Position numbers and translations under genes: made by a program
Shown: one piece after another, positions 19,801 to 29,381 of the stretch
Layout: each line of letters begins with the position of its first letter
Numbering within the stretch: position 1 is the stretch's first letter
Source: Deferribacterales bacterium
GTDB taxonomy: Bacteria > Chrysiogenota > Deferribacteres > Deferribacterales > Geovibrionaceae
Reading direction: 5' to 3'
Assembly (NCBI GenBank): GCA_050253075.1
Contig: JBFWJS010000001.1
Location: 224,001 to 288,000 of the forward strand
DNA: 64,000 nt
Notes under the pieces: model-generated
Seen by the model: the letters and a program-made list of their open reading frames with translations, nothing else
Database searches by the model: none
Told to the model about the DNA's origin: nothing

Positions 19801-20715
19801 TTATTTTTCTATATCAGCCACGGAACCGATGCTTTCGATTGTGACTGTCTTGTCTATTTTTTTGATGAGTCCGGCGAGAACTTTGCCCGCTCCGACCTCT
19901 ATAAATGTGTCTACTCCGTCTGCTATCATGTTTTCGATGAGCTCTGTCCATTTAACGGCACCGTCAACCTGACGGCAAAGCGCATCGTAAACCTCGTCTG
20001 CGGTCTTCTCTATTTTCGCATCCACGTTGTTAAAGATAGGTGTTGCGAGGTCTTTGATAGATGTTTCGTTTTTAAGGTAGCCCGCCATGTCTTCTCTGGC
20101 CGGCTTCATGAGAGAGCAATGGAATGGAGCACTGACAGGGAGGAGCATAGCACGCTTTGCGCCCTTCTCCTTTATCTTTGTGCAGAATTCCTCTACTGCT
20201 TCGGCGTGTCCCGCTACGACAACCTGCCCTGGGCAGTTAAAGTTTGCAGGTTCGCATACTTTATCACCGCTGACCTCTTTACAGGTGGAAACGATATCAG
20301 CATCGTCTGCCCCCATAACGGCAGCCATGGCACCCACGCCGACAGGCACTGCCGTCTGCATGAATTTGCCTCTGTTATGCACGGCTTTTACGCCCTCTTC
20401 GAAAGTGAGTCCGCCCGCAGCGACAACTGCGGAGTATTCACCGAGGGAATGCCCTGCGAAGTAGTCCGCCTTGACGGTATCTTTCAGCACTTCCCAGATG
20501 GCGACGCTCATTGTGAGCAGTGCAGGCTGTGTGTTTGAAGTGAGCTTGAGGTCTTCCTCAGGTCCTTCGAACATTATATTTGTGAGGCTGTAGCCGAGGC
20601 TTTCGTCAGCCTTGTCGAATATCTCTTTTACTTTGTCATACTTTTCATAAAGGTCTTTCCCCATCCCGACGAACTGTGAGCCCTGTCCGGGGAATACAAC
20701 TGCTGTCTTGCCCAT
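19801..20715 (-). CDS. fabD: Malonyl-CoA:ACP transacylase
   Basis: FPGQGSQ, GHSLGEY, VSAPFHCSLM. Confidence 0.97.
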   Translation of the reverse strand: MGKTAVVFPGQGSQFVGMGKDLYEKYDKVKEIFDKADESLGYSLTNIMFEGPEEDLKLTSNTQPALLTMSVAIWEVLKDTVKADYFAGHSLGEYSAVVAAGGLTFEEGVKAVHNRGKFMQTAVPVGVGAMAAVMGADDADIVSTCKEVSGDKVCEPANFNCPGQVVVAGHAEAVEEFCTKIKEKGAKRAMLLPVSAPFHCSLMKPAREDMAGYLKNETSIKDLATPIFNNVDAKIEKTADEVYDALCRQVDGAVKWTELIENMIADGVDTFIEVGAGKVLAGLIKKIDKTVTIESIGSVADIEK

Positions 20716-20741
20716 TTATGTATCTCCAAAATATCTTTTAA

Positions 20742-20811
20742 GTCAGTGTGCGAATCTGTGCTTTCCTGCAATTCAGAATCTGAGGGTTGCTTCATATTCG
20801 TTCGCAATGAC
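20742..20811. repeat. Degenerate GTCA..TGCGA / TCGCAATGAC palindromic repeat, family C
   Basis: GTTGCTTCATATTCGTTCGCAATGAC (20786-20811) resembles the end of the element at 61744-61852. Confidence 0.5.
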
Positions 20812-20868
20812 CTTATTTACAGTTATCAACAAACCTCACGAAGAGGTTTGCGAAGGATTTTGCCCTGA

Positions 20869-21849
20869 TTAGAATGTAAAGGCCATCGATCCCCATGTAA
20901 GCCCGCCGCCGAAAGCAGCAGAGACAACATTGTCGCCTCTTTTGATCTTGCCCTCTCTGACGTATTCGTCCAGAGCAGTAGGGATAGTGGCTGCGGATGT
21001 GTTTGCATACTTCTGTATGTTTATCACAACCTGCTCCATAGGAACACCTAGCCTCTTAGCCACTGCGTCGATGATACGCAGGTTAGCCTGATGAGGGATG
21101 ACCCAGTCGATGTCCTCCGCTGAGAAGCCTGCGCTGTCGGCTGCCTCTTTAGCGGCATCAGCCATGGCACGCACGGCTATTTTGAATATATCGTTACCCT
21201 TCATATGGATCATATTATCTTCAATTGGTTCGTTTGTGAGTTCTCTTAAGAATTTAGTCCCGATATTGTCCTGCTTGAGGAGCTCTCCGTACTGACCGTC
21301 GGAGTAGGTGTGTATGCTTCTAATGCCCGGCTCGCTGTCTGCAGAGAGAACAACAGCCCCTGCACCGTCTCCGAAGAGTATACATGTGCCTCTGTCCCGC
21401 CAGTCGATACATGCGGTGAGGTTTTCAGCGCCCAGCACCAGTATCTTTTTGGCTCCGCCTGATTTGATCAGACCGTTAGCCATGTTGCATGCGTAAAGGA
21501 ATCCTGAGCATGCGGCAGACATGTCGAAGGCGAAGCAGTTGCCTGCGCCTATTTTATGCTGTATGCGGCACCCTGTGGAAGGCATAGTAGTGTCGGGAGT
21601 GAAAGTGGCAGTGATTATGCCGTCGAGCTCTGTGGCTTTGATACCCGCCATATCAAGAGCACGCTTTGCAGCCTCTGCTCCCATATCGCTGGTGTATTGA
21701 CCCTCGGCAGCGACACGGCGTTCGCTCATGCCCGTACGGGTTCTTATCCATTCATCATTCGTATCGATGAATTTTTCGAAATCTTTGTTTGTCATGACTT
21801 TTTCAGGAAAGTACGAACCAGTCCCAATCATTCTGGAATATATACTCAT
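20869..21849 (-). CDS. fabH: 3-oxoacyl-ACP synthase III
   Basis: AACSGF, LFGDGAGA, PHQAN, NTSAATIP, FGGGLTWG. Confidence 0.97.
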   Translation of the reverse strand: MSIYSRMIGTGSYFPEKVMTNKDFEKFIDTNDEWIRTRTGMSERRVAAEGQYTSDMGAEAAKRALDMAGIKATELDGIITATFTPDTTMPSTGCRIQHKIGAGNCFAFDMSAACSGFLYACNMANGLIKSGGAKKILVLGAENLTACIDWRDRGTCILFGDGAGAVVLSADSEPGIRSIHTYSDGQYGELLKQDNIGTKFLRELTNEPIEDNMIHMKGNDIFKIAVRAMADAAKEAADSAGFSAEDIDWVIPHQANLRIIDAVAKRLGVPMEQVVINIQKYANTSAATIPTALDEYVREGKIKRGDNVVSAAFGGGLTWGSMAFTF

Positions 21850-21888
21850 GGAAATCACCTGTTCGGAGTTTTGCGTATGTGAAAAAAA

Positions 21889-22968
21889 TTAAATAGTTTT
21901 TTTCTTAAATTTTTCGAGGATATTGTTCCAGAAAGAGTCTTCTTTGTCAACGTTTAATACCTTCACAGACTCGCTCATACTCTCTTCGATCATATCGTTG
22001 AGTTTCTTTTCTGCAAGGTCATGAGCCATCTTGATACTGTATTTAACAGCGACGTCATTTGTGCTGCCGTGTCCGATTATGCAGACACCGTCGACACCTA
22101 GAAGTGGAGCACCGCCGTATTCCGAATGATCGGCGGCTTTTTTGATGCGTTTGAGAGCGGGTAAAAGGAGCATCGCTCCCACTCTTGAAAGAATGGATGA
22201 TTTCAGCTCTCTTTTCAGCAGCTGAGAAACATACCATCCGGCAGATTCAGAAACCTTCAGGGCAACATTGCCCGAGAATCCGTCCACTACGATAACGTCG
22301 GACGTGCCTTTGAAAACATCTTTCCCCTCCACGTTTCCGTGGAAGTTAATTACATTTTCATTGCCAAGTTCCTGAAGAAATTTAAAGACAGACTTTGTAA
22401 TGTCGTTACCCTTCACATCCTCTTCACCGACAGACATAAGCCCGACGGAGGGGGATTTTTTATCCATAACGAGAGAGGCATATGCGCTCGCCATGATGGC
22501 AAACTGGACATAGTTCTCTATCTTACAGTCGACATTCGCACCGACATCGCACATGACCGTTGCGCCCTTTATAGTAGGCATAACGGCAGCAATGGCGGGA
22601 CGGTCTATCCCCGGAAGTGTCTTCAGGATCATCTTAGCACATGCCATAACGGCACCGGTATTCCCGGCACTATAAAATGCATCGCCATCGCCCTGTTTAA
22701 CAAGGCGCAGACCCTGATGTATAGAAGAATTACGTTTCGTACGAAGGATTTGAGACGGACTATCATCCATCTCAACTTTCTGCTCGGCATGAACGACCTC
22801 AATCTTATTGAGGCTGCTCCCGCCGCAGGATTCAAGCTCTCGCCTGACCTCCTGCTCGTCGCCAACCAATATGACATCAATGCCGTACTGCTTTACGGCA
22901 GCGACAGCACCCTTAACGATCTCACGGGGTGCATGATCACCCCCCATTGCGTCAACGACAACCTTCAT
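21889..22968 (-). CDS. plsX: Phosphate acyltransferase PlsX
   Basis: VDAMGGDHAP, SAGNTGA, DVGANVD, GGAPLLG, GHGS. Confidence 0.97.
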   Translation of the reverse strand: MKVVVDAMGGDHAPREIVKGAVAAVKQYGIDVILVGDEQEVRRELESCGGSSLNKIEVVHAEQKVEMDDSPSQILRTKRNSSIHQGLRLVKQGDGDAFYSAGNTGAVMACAKMILKTLPGIDRPAIAAVMPTIKGATVMCDVGANVDCKIENYVQFAIMASAYASLVMDKKSPSVGLMSVGEEDVKGNDITKSVFKFLQELGNENVINFHGNVEGKDVFKGTSDVIVVDGFSGNVALKVSESAGWYVSQLLKRELKSSILSRVGAMLLLPALKRIKKAADHSEYGGAPLLGVDGVCIIGHGSTNDVAVKYSIKMAHDLAEKKLNDMIEESMSESVKVLNVDKEDSFWNNILEKFKKKTI

Positions 22969-22971
22969 ATC

Positions 22972-23154
22972 TTAAAGCTCGTCAGTAACGATGACCTGCT
23001 TTTTGTTGTAGTAACCACACTCAGGACATACTCTGTGGTTAAGCTTAAGCTCGCCGCAGTTAGAACATTTGCTGTATGCCATTGTAGTTGCATGGTGGTG
23101 GCTTCTTCTCATGCCTTTCTTGTGTCTTGATGTTTTATTCTTTGGTACACCCAT
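22972..23154 (-). CDS. rpmF: 50S ribosomal protein L32
   Basis: MGVPKNKTS, CSNCG..HRVCPECGYY. Confidence 0.97.
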   Translation of the reverse strand: MGVPKNKTSRHKKGMRRSHHHATTMAYSKCSNCGELKLNHRVCPECGYYNKKQVIVTDEL

Positions 23155-23259
23155 TGCACAAACTCCTTATTAGTTTGCTCGAAAATCCGTTTGCGGAAAT
23201 TCCGATCTATATTTTTAATATTCTTTAATGCCGCCCATCTGATCTACTGTCAAAAAAGT

Positions 23260-23337
23260 CTGCGCTTTCACTCTGCTAAAACCTCCGCCGGCAAAGCCCG
23301 CTTCGGTTCGCTCCGTGAGGTGCATCCTGCACCTTTA
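23260..23337. repeat. Intergenic REP-like repeat, family B, copy 2
   Basis: Similar to 19725-19799; its end coincides with the yceD stop codon. Confidence 0.8.
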
Positions 23338-23826
23338 CTTTTTCAGACCTTTCAATCCTGACCATCTAGGGTCGACAATATCGTCACATTTGCATTTGCC
23401 TGTATTGAGGTTTGCACCACACTGCTGGCAAAGACCTTTGCAGTCCTCTCCGCATACCATTCTTACCGGAAGGTGATAAACAACTTCCTGTCTTACGATA
23501 TCTTCAAGGTCTATTTCGTCGTCTTCGATATAGATTATACCCATATCGTCGTCGCCTAGCTCTGCTTCATCCTTCATTTCTTTGGGCTGATGCATAAGCT
23601 GTATCCCCGAACGCTCAGAGCCGAAGCCCTCAGTCTCTTCGAGACATTTATCACAAGGTGCCTTATAGCTGTACTCGAATCTGATGTCCGCATACAGTCC
23701 GGCATCGGTCGGCACGAAGTCCGCCTGATAGCTTTCCACCTCGATCTTAAAATCGCCGTCCTCAAAGCTGCAGGAACCTTCAAACGATTCAGGCTCGATA
23801 GCCAATTCTTTAAATGAGAGTTTCAC
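23335..23826 (-). CDS. YceD/DUF177 family protein
   Basis: CDKCL and CGEDCKGLCQQCGANLN...DPRW motifs; upstream of rpmF; GTG at 23826 follows RBS GGGAG. Confidence 0.92.
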   Translation of the reverse strand: MKLSFKELAIEPESFEGSCSFEDGDFKIEVESYQADFVPTDAGLYADIRFEYSYKAPCDKCLEETEGFGSERSGIQLMHQPKEMKDEAELGDDDMGIIYIEDDEIDLEDIVRQEVVYHLPVRMVCGEDCKGLCQQCGANLNTGKCKCDDIVDPRWSGLKGLKK

Positions 23827-23859
23827 GCACTTCTCCCTATTAGACGCCAAAGAGCAACA

Positions 23860-23888
23860 ATCTTAATTAGAACCTGTAAGATTGTCAA
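23860..23888 (-). promoter_or_regulatory. Sigma70-type promoter of the yceD-rpmF-plsX-fab operon
   Basis: Minus strand TTGACA, 17 bp, TAAGAT. Confidence 0.65.
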
Positions 23889-23903
23889 TATAAATATGTC
23901 AGA

Positions 23904-24206
23904 TTATTTTCTGATGCCTGATTTGCCGAAACGGTCCTCAAGCACGCCGAGAACATCCTCGAATGCAACCCCTCTGAACTCTAGGGCTACTATCAGATGA
24001 TAAAGGAAGTCTGCTGTTTCCGCAGCTACATCTTTATCCTCTTCTGTCAGGATGGCTTTTATGAGCTCGGCATTCTCTTCGCCCAGCTTTTTGATAATTT
24101 TGTTTGCCCCGCCGTTTAAAAGCTGGCATGTGTATGAATTATCCGAAGGGTTCGCCTTGCGCTCCCTTACAACCTCTACAAGTTTCTCTATTATCTCTGT
24201 ATTCAT
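23904..24206 (-). CDS. hisE: Phosphoribosyl-ATP pyrophosphatase (stand-alone)
   Basis: SYTCQLL, KKLGEENAE, ETADFLYHL, RFGKSG. Confidence 0.93.
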   Translation of the reverse strand: MNTEIIEKLVEVVRERKANPSDNSYTCQLLNGGANKIIKKLGEENAELIKAILTEEDKDVAAETADFLYHLIVALEFRGVAFEDVLGVLEDRFGKSGIRK

Positions 24207-24221
24207 CTTTATCCTCTAACA

Positions 24222-24289
24222 GCAGATTCTTCGGTCGTAACTCCCTCAGAATGACAAATAGGTCATCCTGAGCATAGCGAAGGATCTGT
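24222..24289. repeat. 68-bp palindromic direct repeat (family A), left of the GIY-YIG gene
   Basis: 66/68 identical to 24588-24655; the arms AGATTCTTCG...CTCAGAATGAC and GTCATCCTGAG...CGAAGGATCT are imperfect inverted copies of each other. Confidence 0.95.
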
Positions 24290-24579
24290 CATAATATCTC
24301 GTCGTATAAATCCTTTAGCTCAGGATTCTTTGTCTTTATCAAATCTTCTTTTCTTTTGCGTGTCCAGCCTTTTATCTGCTTTTCACGTTTTATTGCTTCT
24401 TCAATATCGTCTAAAACTTCATAATAGAGCAATATCTTACAGTTATATCTTTTCGTAAAGCCGTCTACGAGCTTTTCTTTGTGTTCCCAAATGCGTTTAA
24501 CAATATTCGATGTAACACCGACATACAGGACAGTTTTATTCCAGTTTGTCAGTATATACACATAACCTTGTTTATCCAT
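24289..24579 (-). CDS. Small GIY-YIG nuclease family protein
   Basis: GYVYIL...LYVGVTSNIVKRIWEH...GFTKRY...AIKREKQIKGWTR. Confidence 0.92.
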   Translation of the reverse strand: MDKQGYVYILTNWNKTVLYVGVTSNIVKRIWEHKEKLVDGFTKRYNCKILLYYEVLDDIEEAIKREKQIKGWTRKRKEDLIKTKNPELKDLYDEIL

Positions 24580-24587
24580 TTACAAGC

Positions 24588-24655
24588 GCAGATTCTTCGG
24601 TCGTAACTCCCTCAGAATGACAAACTGGTCATCCTGAGCATAGCGAAGGATCTGT
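24588..24655. repeat. 68-bp palindromic direct repeat (family A), right of the GIY-YIG gene
   Basis: Differs from 24222-24289 only in the loop (AAATAG vs AAACTG). Confidence 0.95.
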
Positions 24656-24670
24656 TCTCCTCTTTAGTAT

Positions 24671-25432
24671 CTATATCCTGACGGGGACGTTTCTCTCTTT
24701 GAGGTATTCTTTTACCTCGCCGATGGTGTATTCCCTGAAGTGGAAGATGCTAGCAGCAAGTGCAGCGTCCGCCTTTCCTTTTGTCAGCCCGTCGTATATA
24801 TGCTCGGGGCTGCCCACACCGCCGGATGCGATGACAGGTATCATCAGCGCCTCCGATACGGCAGCGTTCAGCCCGTTGTCGTAGCCGTCCTTTGTGCCGT
24901 CGCAGTCCATACTGGTGAGCAGTATCTCCCCTGCGCCGAACTCCTCCATTTTAAGAGCCCATTCGATGGCGTCTATCCCTGTGGCATTACGTCCGCCGTG
25001 GGTATAAACTTCCCAGCCGGAGCCGTCTGCCTTACGCTTTGCGTCGATGGCAACGACAGTGCACTGTGAGCCGAATCTGAGAGCAGACTCTTTCACAAAG
25101 TCAGGGTTATGCACGGCAGCAGTGTTTATAGACACCTTATCAGCGCCCGAGTTCAGCAGGTTTCTTATGTCTGCTATCTCTCTGACCCCTCCGCCCACAG
25201 TCACAGGCATGAATACACGCTCGGCTGTCTTCGCCACAACGTCGAGTATGATGCCCCTGTTGTCTGAGCTGGCTGTGATATCCAGAAACGTAAGCTCGTC
25301 CGCACCCTGTGCGTCGTAAATCTCTGCTACCTCCACAGGGTCTCCTGCGTCTCTGAGGTTTACAAAGTTTGTGCCTTTTACAACCCTGCCGTCTTTAACG
25401 TCCAGACAGGGGATTATCCTTTTAGCAAGCAT
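24671..25432 (-). CDS. hisF: Imidazole glycerol phosphate synthase, cyclase subunit
   Basis: [48 protein letters not shown]. Confidence 0.98.
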   Translation of the reverse strand: MLAKRIIPCLDVKDGRVVKGTNFVNLRDAGDPVEVAEIYDAQGADELTFLDITASSDNRGIILDVVAKTAERVFMPVTVGGGVREIADIRNLLNSGADKVSINTAAVHNPDFVKESALRFGSQCTVVAIDAKRKADGSGWEVYTHGGRNATGIDAIEWALKMEEFGAGEILLTSMDCDGTKDGYDNGLNAAVSEALMIPVIASGGVGSPEHIYDGLTKGKADAALAASIFHFREYTIGEVKEYLKERNVPVRI

Positions 25433-25567
25433 ATATTCTTCCTGATAGATTGATATAAACTTTATGGACTAAATCTGATGATAAATCAAATAATTTATAT
25501 AAGAATAAAATGGCAGATCGATTCATCTCCTCGTAATGGCACATAGTTACTGCAACAACATCAGATG

Positions 25568-25598
25568 AAAAAAGGGGCTGCCTTTTCAGACAGCCCCT
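25568..25598 (-). terminator. Rho-independent terminator downstream of ppk1 and the small ORF
   Basis: Minus strand AGGGGCTG-loop-CAGCCCCT followed by TTTTT. Confidence 0.8.
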
Positions 25599-25660
25599 AT
25601 TAGTTACTATTGTGGAGGTATAAAGTATCTTGTTACTCTTTTGCTTCGAACCGGGGAAAC

Positions 25661-25771
25661 CTACTTAACCGGTCTGCAAAGATCATCTTTCTTATTTGCG
25701 GAAGCTCCGCATTTGCTACATGTATATCTTTTCTCTTTTTTTGCCGGCTTGTCGCCACATTTATTAGCCAT
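25661..25771 (-). CDS. Small Cys/Lys-rich protein, 36 aa, not in the ORF track
   Basis: Translated by hand: MANKCGDKPAKKEKRYTCSKCGASANKKDDLCRPVK; strong RBS GAGGTG; terminator downstream. Confidence 0.7.
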   Translation of the reverse strand: MANKCGDKPAKKEKRYTCSKCGASANKKDDLCRPVK

Positions 25772-25841
25772 TGGAGCACCTCTCATATTTTATTAAGACT
25801 AACTAAGTCTCAATATAGACTAATGAGAGTGATTGTCAACA

Positions 25842-27842
25842 TCAAATATTGTGAATTCTGTGTTCCTGATGATTAAATTTATTCTTACTGGCCTTAACCT
25901 TCTTATATTCCTCGCCTTTTTGAACCCATGCCTTCTGATTATCTTTCAGATTCTCATCCAGAATCTCTTTCAGAAAGTCCTTGCCGTGCTTTTCCTTAAC
26001 TTCAAAAAGCAGCTCAACACGGCGGTCCATATTTCTCTCCATCCAGTCAGCGGTGGAGAAGAATATGCGCTCCTCTCCTCCTGCATGGAAATATATTATG
26101 CGCGGATGCTCGAGGAAACGTCCGACGATACTGCGGACGGTCACGTTCTCCGTAAGCCCTTTTATGCCCGGCTGTATGGCACATATGCCCCGCACGATGA
26201 AGTCTATCTTCACCCCTGCGCCCGATGCCTCTATCACTTTTTCGATGAGGAGTCTCTCCATCACAGAGTTTACCTTCACCACGATATGCGCCTTCTTTCC
26301 GCTCTTTGCGTGGGCGATCTCTTCGTCCATGAGCTCGAGCAGTTTCGATTTTATAGACTTCGGAGCGAGATAAAAGTGCTGCCAGTTGGCTATGTCGGTG
26401 TATCCCATGAGGAAGTTAAACAGTGCGGCAGAGTCACGCCCCACTTCTTCGTCGGCAGTGACATAGTCCACGTCGGTGTATATGCCTGCGGTCATCTCGT
26501 TGAAATTACCCGTGGACATGTGGGAGTAGCGGACTATCCTGCCCGATTCCTTACGGACTATCAGCAGATTCTTCGAGTGTACTTTGAGCCCGACAATGCC
26601 GTAGGTAACGATGCAGCCTGCCTCTTCGAGCATGTTTGCCCAGTCCACGTTCCGCTCTTCGTCAAATCTGGCTTTCAGCTCGATAACAACGCTGACGTGC
26701 TTGCCGTTTCTGGCTGCTTTCATCAGGTTTTCCATGATGGTGCTGTTCTTATTCGCACGGTAGATCGTCATCTTTATGGCGACGACACCCGAATCCGTGC
26801 TCGCTTTTTCCACCAGCTTGGATATGAAGGAAAAGTTGTTGTAAGGACGATACATTATGACGTCCTTCTTCTTTATGTATTCGAATATATCGGCTTTTTC
26901 GTCAAAGCCTTCTGGGTATTTATTTTTAAATGGTTTATAGCAGAGTTCGGGTTTTTCCGCCGTGAGGGAAAAGAGTGACGTCATATCTATCACGTCGTCG
27001 ATGACATAAACGTCATCCTTTTCAAAATGCATGAGCTCAGCGAGCTTATCAAGGATATCCGCAGGCAGACGTCCGTCAACCTCCAGACGGCAGATACCGC
27101 CCTTTCTCCTTGTTTTCAGATATTTTTTAATAGACATCAGCAGGTCTTCAGCACCCTCTTCGTCAAGTGACAGATCAGCATTCCGCGTCACCCTGAGGCA
27201 ATAACTGTCCACTATCTCATAATCGGGAAAAACGAGGTGCAGATACATCTTCAGCACATCCTCTGCAAAGATGTAGTATGTCTTATCCAGATGTACACGG
27301 AATATCCTCTGCATGCTCTCGGGCAGAATTATTATGGAGTGGTATGTCTCTCCGTTCTTCTTCAGCACCGCATAAACAGACAGACGGAAATTGTAAATGA
27401 AGGGCATAGGATTCGCAGATGAAAGTGTAACCGGGGATATCGCAGGATATATCTCTTCGTTGAAGATAGCCTCTGTGATCTCCTCCAGCTCAGGGTTCGG
27501 CTCAGGTGATATCACGAGCCCTTCTTTATCCAGGTCAGCCTTCACCTTCATGAATATCTCCTGACGGAGCTGTGTCAGTTCGTGTGCCTTTTTGCTGATC
27601 TTTACGAGCTGTTCTTCGGGGGTCATCCCTGCCATATCGACCCTTTTATATCCCGCTTCGAACTGATCCTTCAGACCGCCCACACGTATCATGAAGAACT
27701 CATCGAGATTTGATGAGAATATCGCCAGAAATTTCAGCTTTTCCAGAAGCGGCACATCGGGATCCACCGCTTCCATCAACACTCTGCGGTTAAATTCGAG
27801 CCAGCTTAATTCTCTGTTTATAAATGGGGTCTGTTCACTCAT
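25842..27842 (-). CDS. ppk1: Polyphosphate kinase 1
   Basis: FINRELSWLEFNRRVL, FSSNLDEFFMIRV, ELKARFDEE, LKVHSK, GRFLEH, STADWMERN. Confidence 0.97.
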   Translation of the reverse strand: MSEQTPFINRELSWLEFNRRVLMEAVDPDVPLLEKLKFLAIFSSNLDEFFMIRVGGLKDQFEAGYKRVDMAGMTPEEQLVKISKKAHELTQLRQEIFMKVKADLDKEGLVISPEPNPELEEITEAIFNEEIYPAISPVTLSSANPMPFIYNFRLSVYAVLKKNGETYHSIIILPESMQRIFRVHLDKTYYIFAEDVLKMYLHLVFPDYEIVDSYCLRVTRNADLSLDEEGAEDLLMSIKKYLKTRRKGGICRLEVDGRLPADILDKLAELMHFEKDDVYVIDDVIDMTSLFSLTAEKPELCYKPFKNKYPEGFDEKADIFEYIKKKDVIMYRPYNNFSFISKLVEKASTDSGVVAIKMTIYRANKNSTIMENLMKAARNGKHVSVVIELKARFDEERNVDWANMLEEAGCIVTYGIVGLKVHSKNLLIVRKESGRIVRYSHMSTGNFNEMTAGIYTDVDYVTADEEVGRDSAALFNFLMGYTDIANWQHFYLAPKSIKSKLLELMDEEIAHAKSGKKAHIVVKVNSVMERLLIEKVIEASGAGVKIDFIVRGICAIQPGIKGLTENVTVRSIVGRFLEHPRIIYFHAGGEERIFFSTADWMERNMDRRVELLFEVKEKHGKDFLKEILDENLKDNQKAWVQKGEEYKKVKASKNKFNHQEHRIHNI

Positions 27843-27863
27843 ATCTTTACCTGTAAATAATTA

Positions 27864-29381
27864 TTAATCATATAGTATTCTGGTGTCCAGCTCGATGGAG
27901 ATACCGAAGGTATCCATGAATATCTTCGCCTTTTCCTCAAATGAGAGCTTCTCCAGAAACGGTGTCTTTTTGCATTTCGCTCTTATGACTATCTTCCCCT
28001 GAAGTATATCGACATCAAAGTCGGTGATGAGGTTCATATGTGATGCGTCCAGGGCATCCGCCACACGGAGTATGCTCACCAGCTTCTTCACGAGGAGCTG
28101 TTTCTCAAGGGGAAAGTAGGTGTATTTATTCTCGAACCAGCTCTCCACATCGCCGTTGTGCATCAGCACCAGATAGGAGACTATCTTCACAAACTGCCTG
28201 TCCAGACCGGGTATCTCTATGGACTGTACAAGGTAGTACGAGTGCTTATTATGATTTTTTGCACCGATGTAGTTCCCCACGTCGGACAGTATGGATGCAG
28301 CCTCCAGTATCAGCTTTTCCCTGCGCCCGAGGGAGTGGAGCGGACGGAGCTTTTCAAACAGCTTCATAGAGAAGCGTACGGTCGTCTCGGCATGGTTTGC
28401 GTCCATATTATACCTGCGGCCGATGCCGTATATGGTGTTTCTTACACGATGAATGAAGCCCCTGTCATGGATATTGCCCGAATAGAAAAGGCTGAGCGTA
28501 TGAGGGAATGACTGTCTGGTAAACTTCACCGTGTCCGTACCCACATAGTCCATAAGTTTCAGGTATGTGACCAGCGTCGGGAGCAGGACGGAAGCCTCCT
28601 CCTTTCTTATGTTCAGGTCTGTCATGATGCTGTCACGGGGCATCTGCTTTATTCTTTCATAGAGCTTTTCGAGGTCTTTCCTCTGGAGCTCGTTCTTTTT
28701 CGGTTTTAATATAGCGAGCAGGATGTTCAGCGAGCTGCCCGCACTGACAAAGTGCTTCGGACGTGTTTCCTTGGTCATCACCCCGTCCATAGCATAGAAC
28801 ATTTTCATTATATACTGCTCATAGGCCTTATATCTGCTGATGCGGGGGATATCTCCGAATATACGTCTGAGGCGCAGGCTTCCATATGGTAGAGCGCCCG
28901 AGTATACGTTCTGGTGGTCTTTCAGCACTGCGAGGGCAACGTTACCGCTAGATATGTTTGCGATGAGTACGCCCTCTTTCTCATATTCGTCAAAGTTTGC
29001 TATGTCGTTTTTAACACCGACGTATTTTATATATATCTCGTCTGCGGGCTCGATTATCTCGAGATCGATACCCGTCTCCTGACGTATATGGTCTATGAAG
29101 AAGGCTCTGTTCACAGCCTCCCGCACACCGCTGGTGCAGACCGCTTTATAGTGTTTTCCTATGTTGTATTCGTCCAGCTTCTGAGCGAACTTTTTCAGGA
29201 TGGCCGTCGCCTGATAGACATTTTCAAGGGTGATGAAACCCTTGGAGAACGTATCTTTCCCCAGCCTGAAAGGCTTGATAAGGTACTCGAGGGTACGTTC
29301 CTCGCCCTTTACATATTCGCTGATGTGCATCCTGAATGCGCTTGCCCCGATGTTTATCGCGGCAAAGACCCCGTTTTTCAT
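27864..29381 (-). CDS. Ppx/GppA family protein with degenerate catalytic motifs
   Basis: Same layout as the neighbouring Ppx (ASKHA fold plus HD-like C-terminus, HNKHSYYL, LRVADALD), but NIGASA and NISSGN replace DIGSNS and DIGGGS. Confidence 0.85.
   Translation of the reverse strand: MKNGVFAAINIGASAFRMHISEYVKGEERTLEYLIKPFRLGKDTFSKGFITLENVYQATAILKKFAQKLDEYNIGKHYKAVCTSGVREAVNRAFFIDHIRQETGIDLEIIEPADEIYIKYVGVKNDIANFDEYEKEGVLIANISSGNVALAVLKDHQNVYSGALPYGSLRLRRIFGDIPRISRYKAYEQYIMKMFYAMDGVMTKETRPKHFVSAGSSLNILLAILKPKKNELQRKDLEKLYERIKQMPRDSIMTDLNIRKEEASVLLPTLVTYLKLMDYVGTDTVKFTRQSFPHTLSLFYSGNIHDRGFIHRVRNTIYGIGRRYNMDANHAETTVRFSMKLFEKLRPLHSLGRREKLILEAASILSDVGNYIGAKNHNKHSYYLVQSIEIPGLDRQFVKIVSYLVLMHNGDVESWFENKYTYFPLEKQLLVKKLVSILRVADALDASHMNLITDFDVDILQGKIVIRAKCKKTPFLEKLSFEEKAKIFMDTFGISIELDTRILYD

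Noticed and set aside
24222..24655. Possible CRISPR array or IS element
   Set aside because: Only two repeats, 68 bp long, separated by a whole gene; no cas genes, transposase motif or evident target-site duplication.
25610..25876. 88-aa plus-strand ORF
   Set aside because: No RBS or motif; it overlaps the better-supported 36-aa minus-strand ORF and the end of ppk1.
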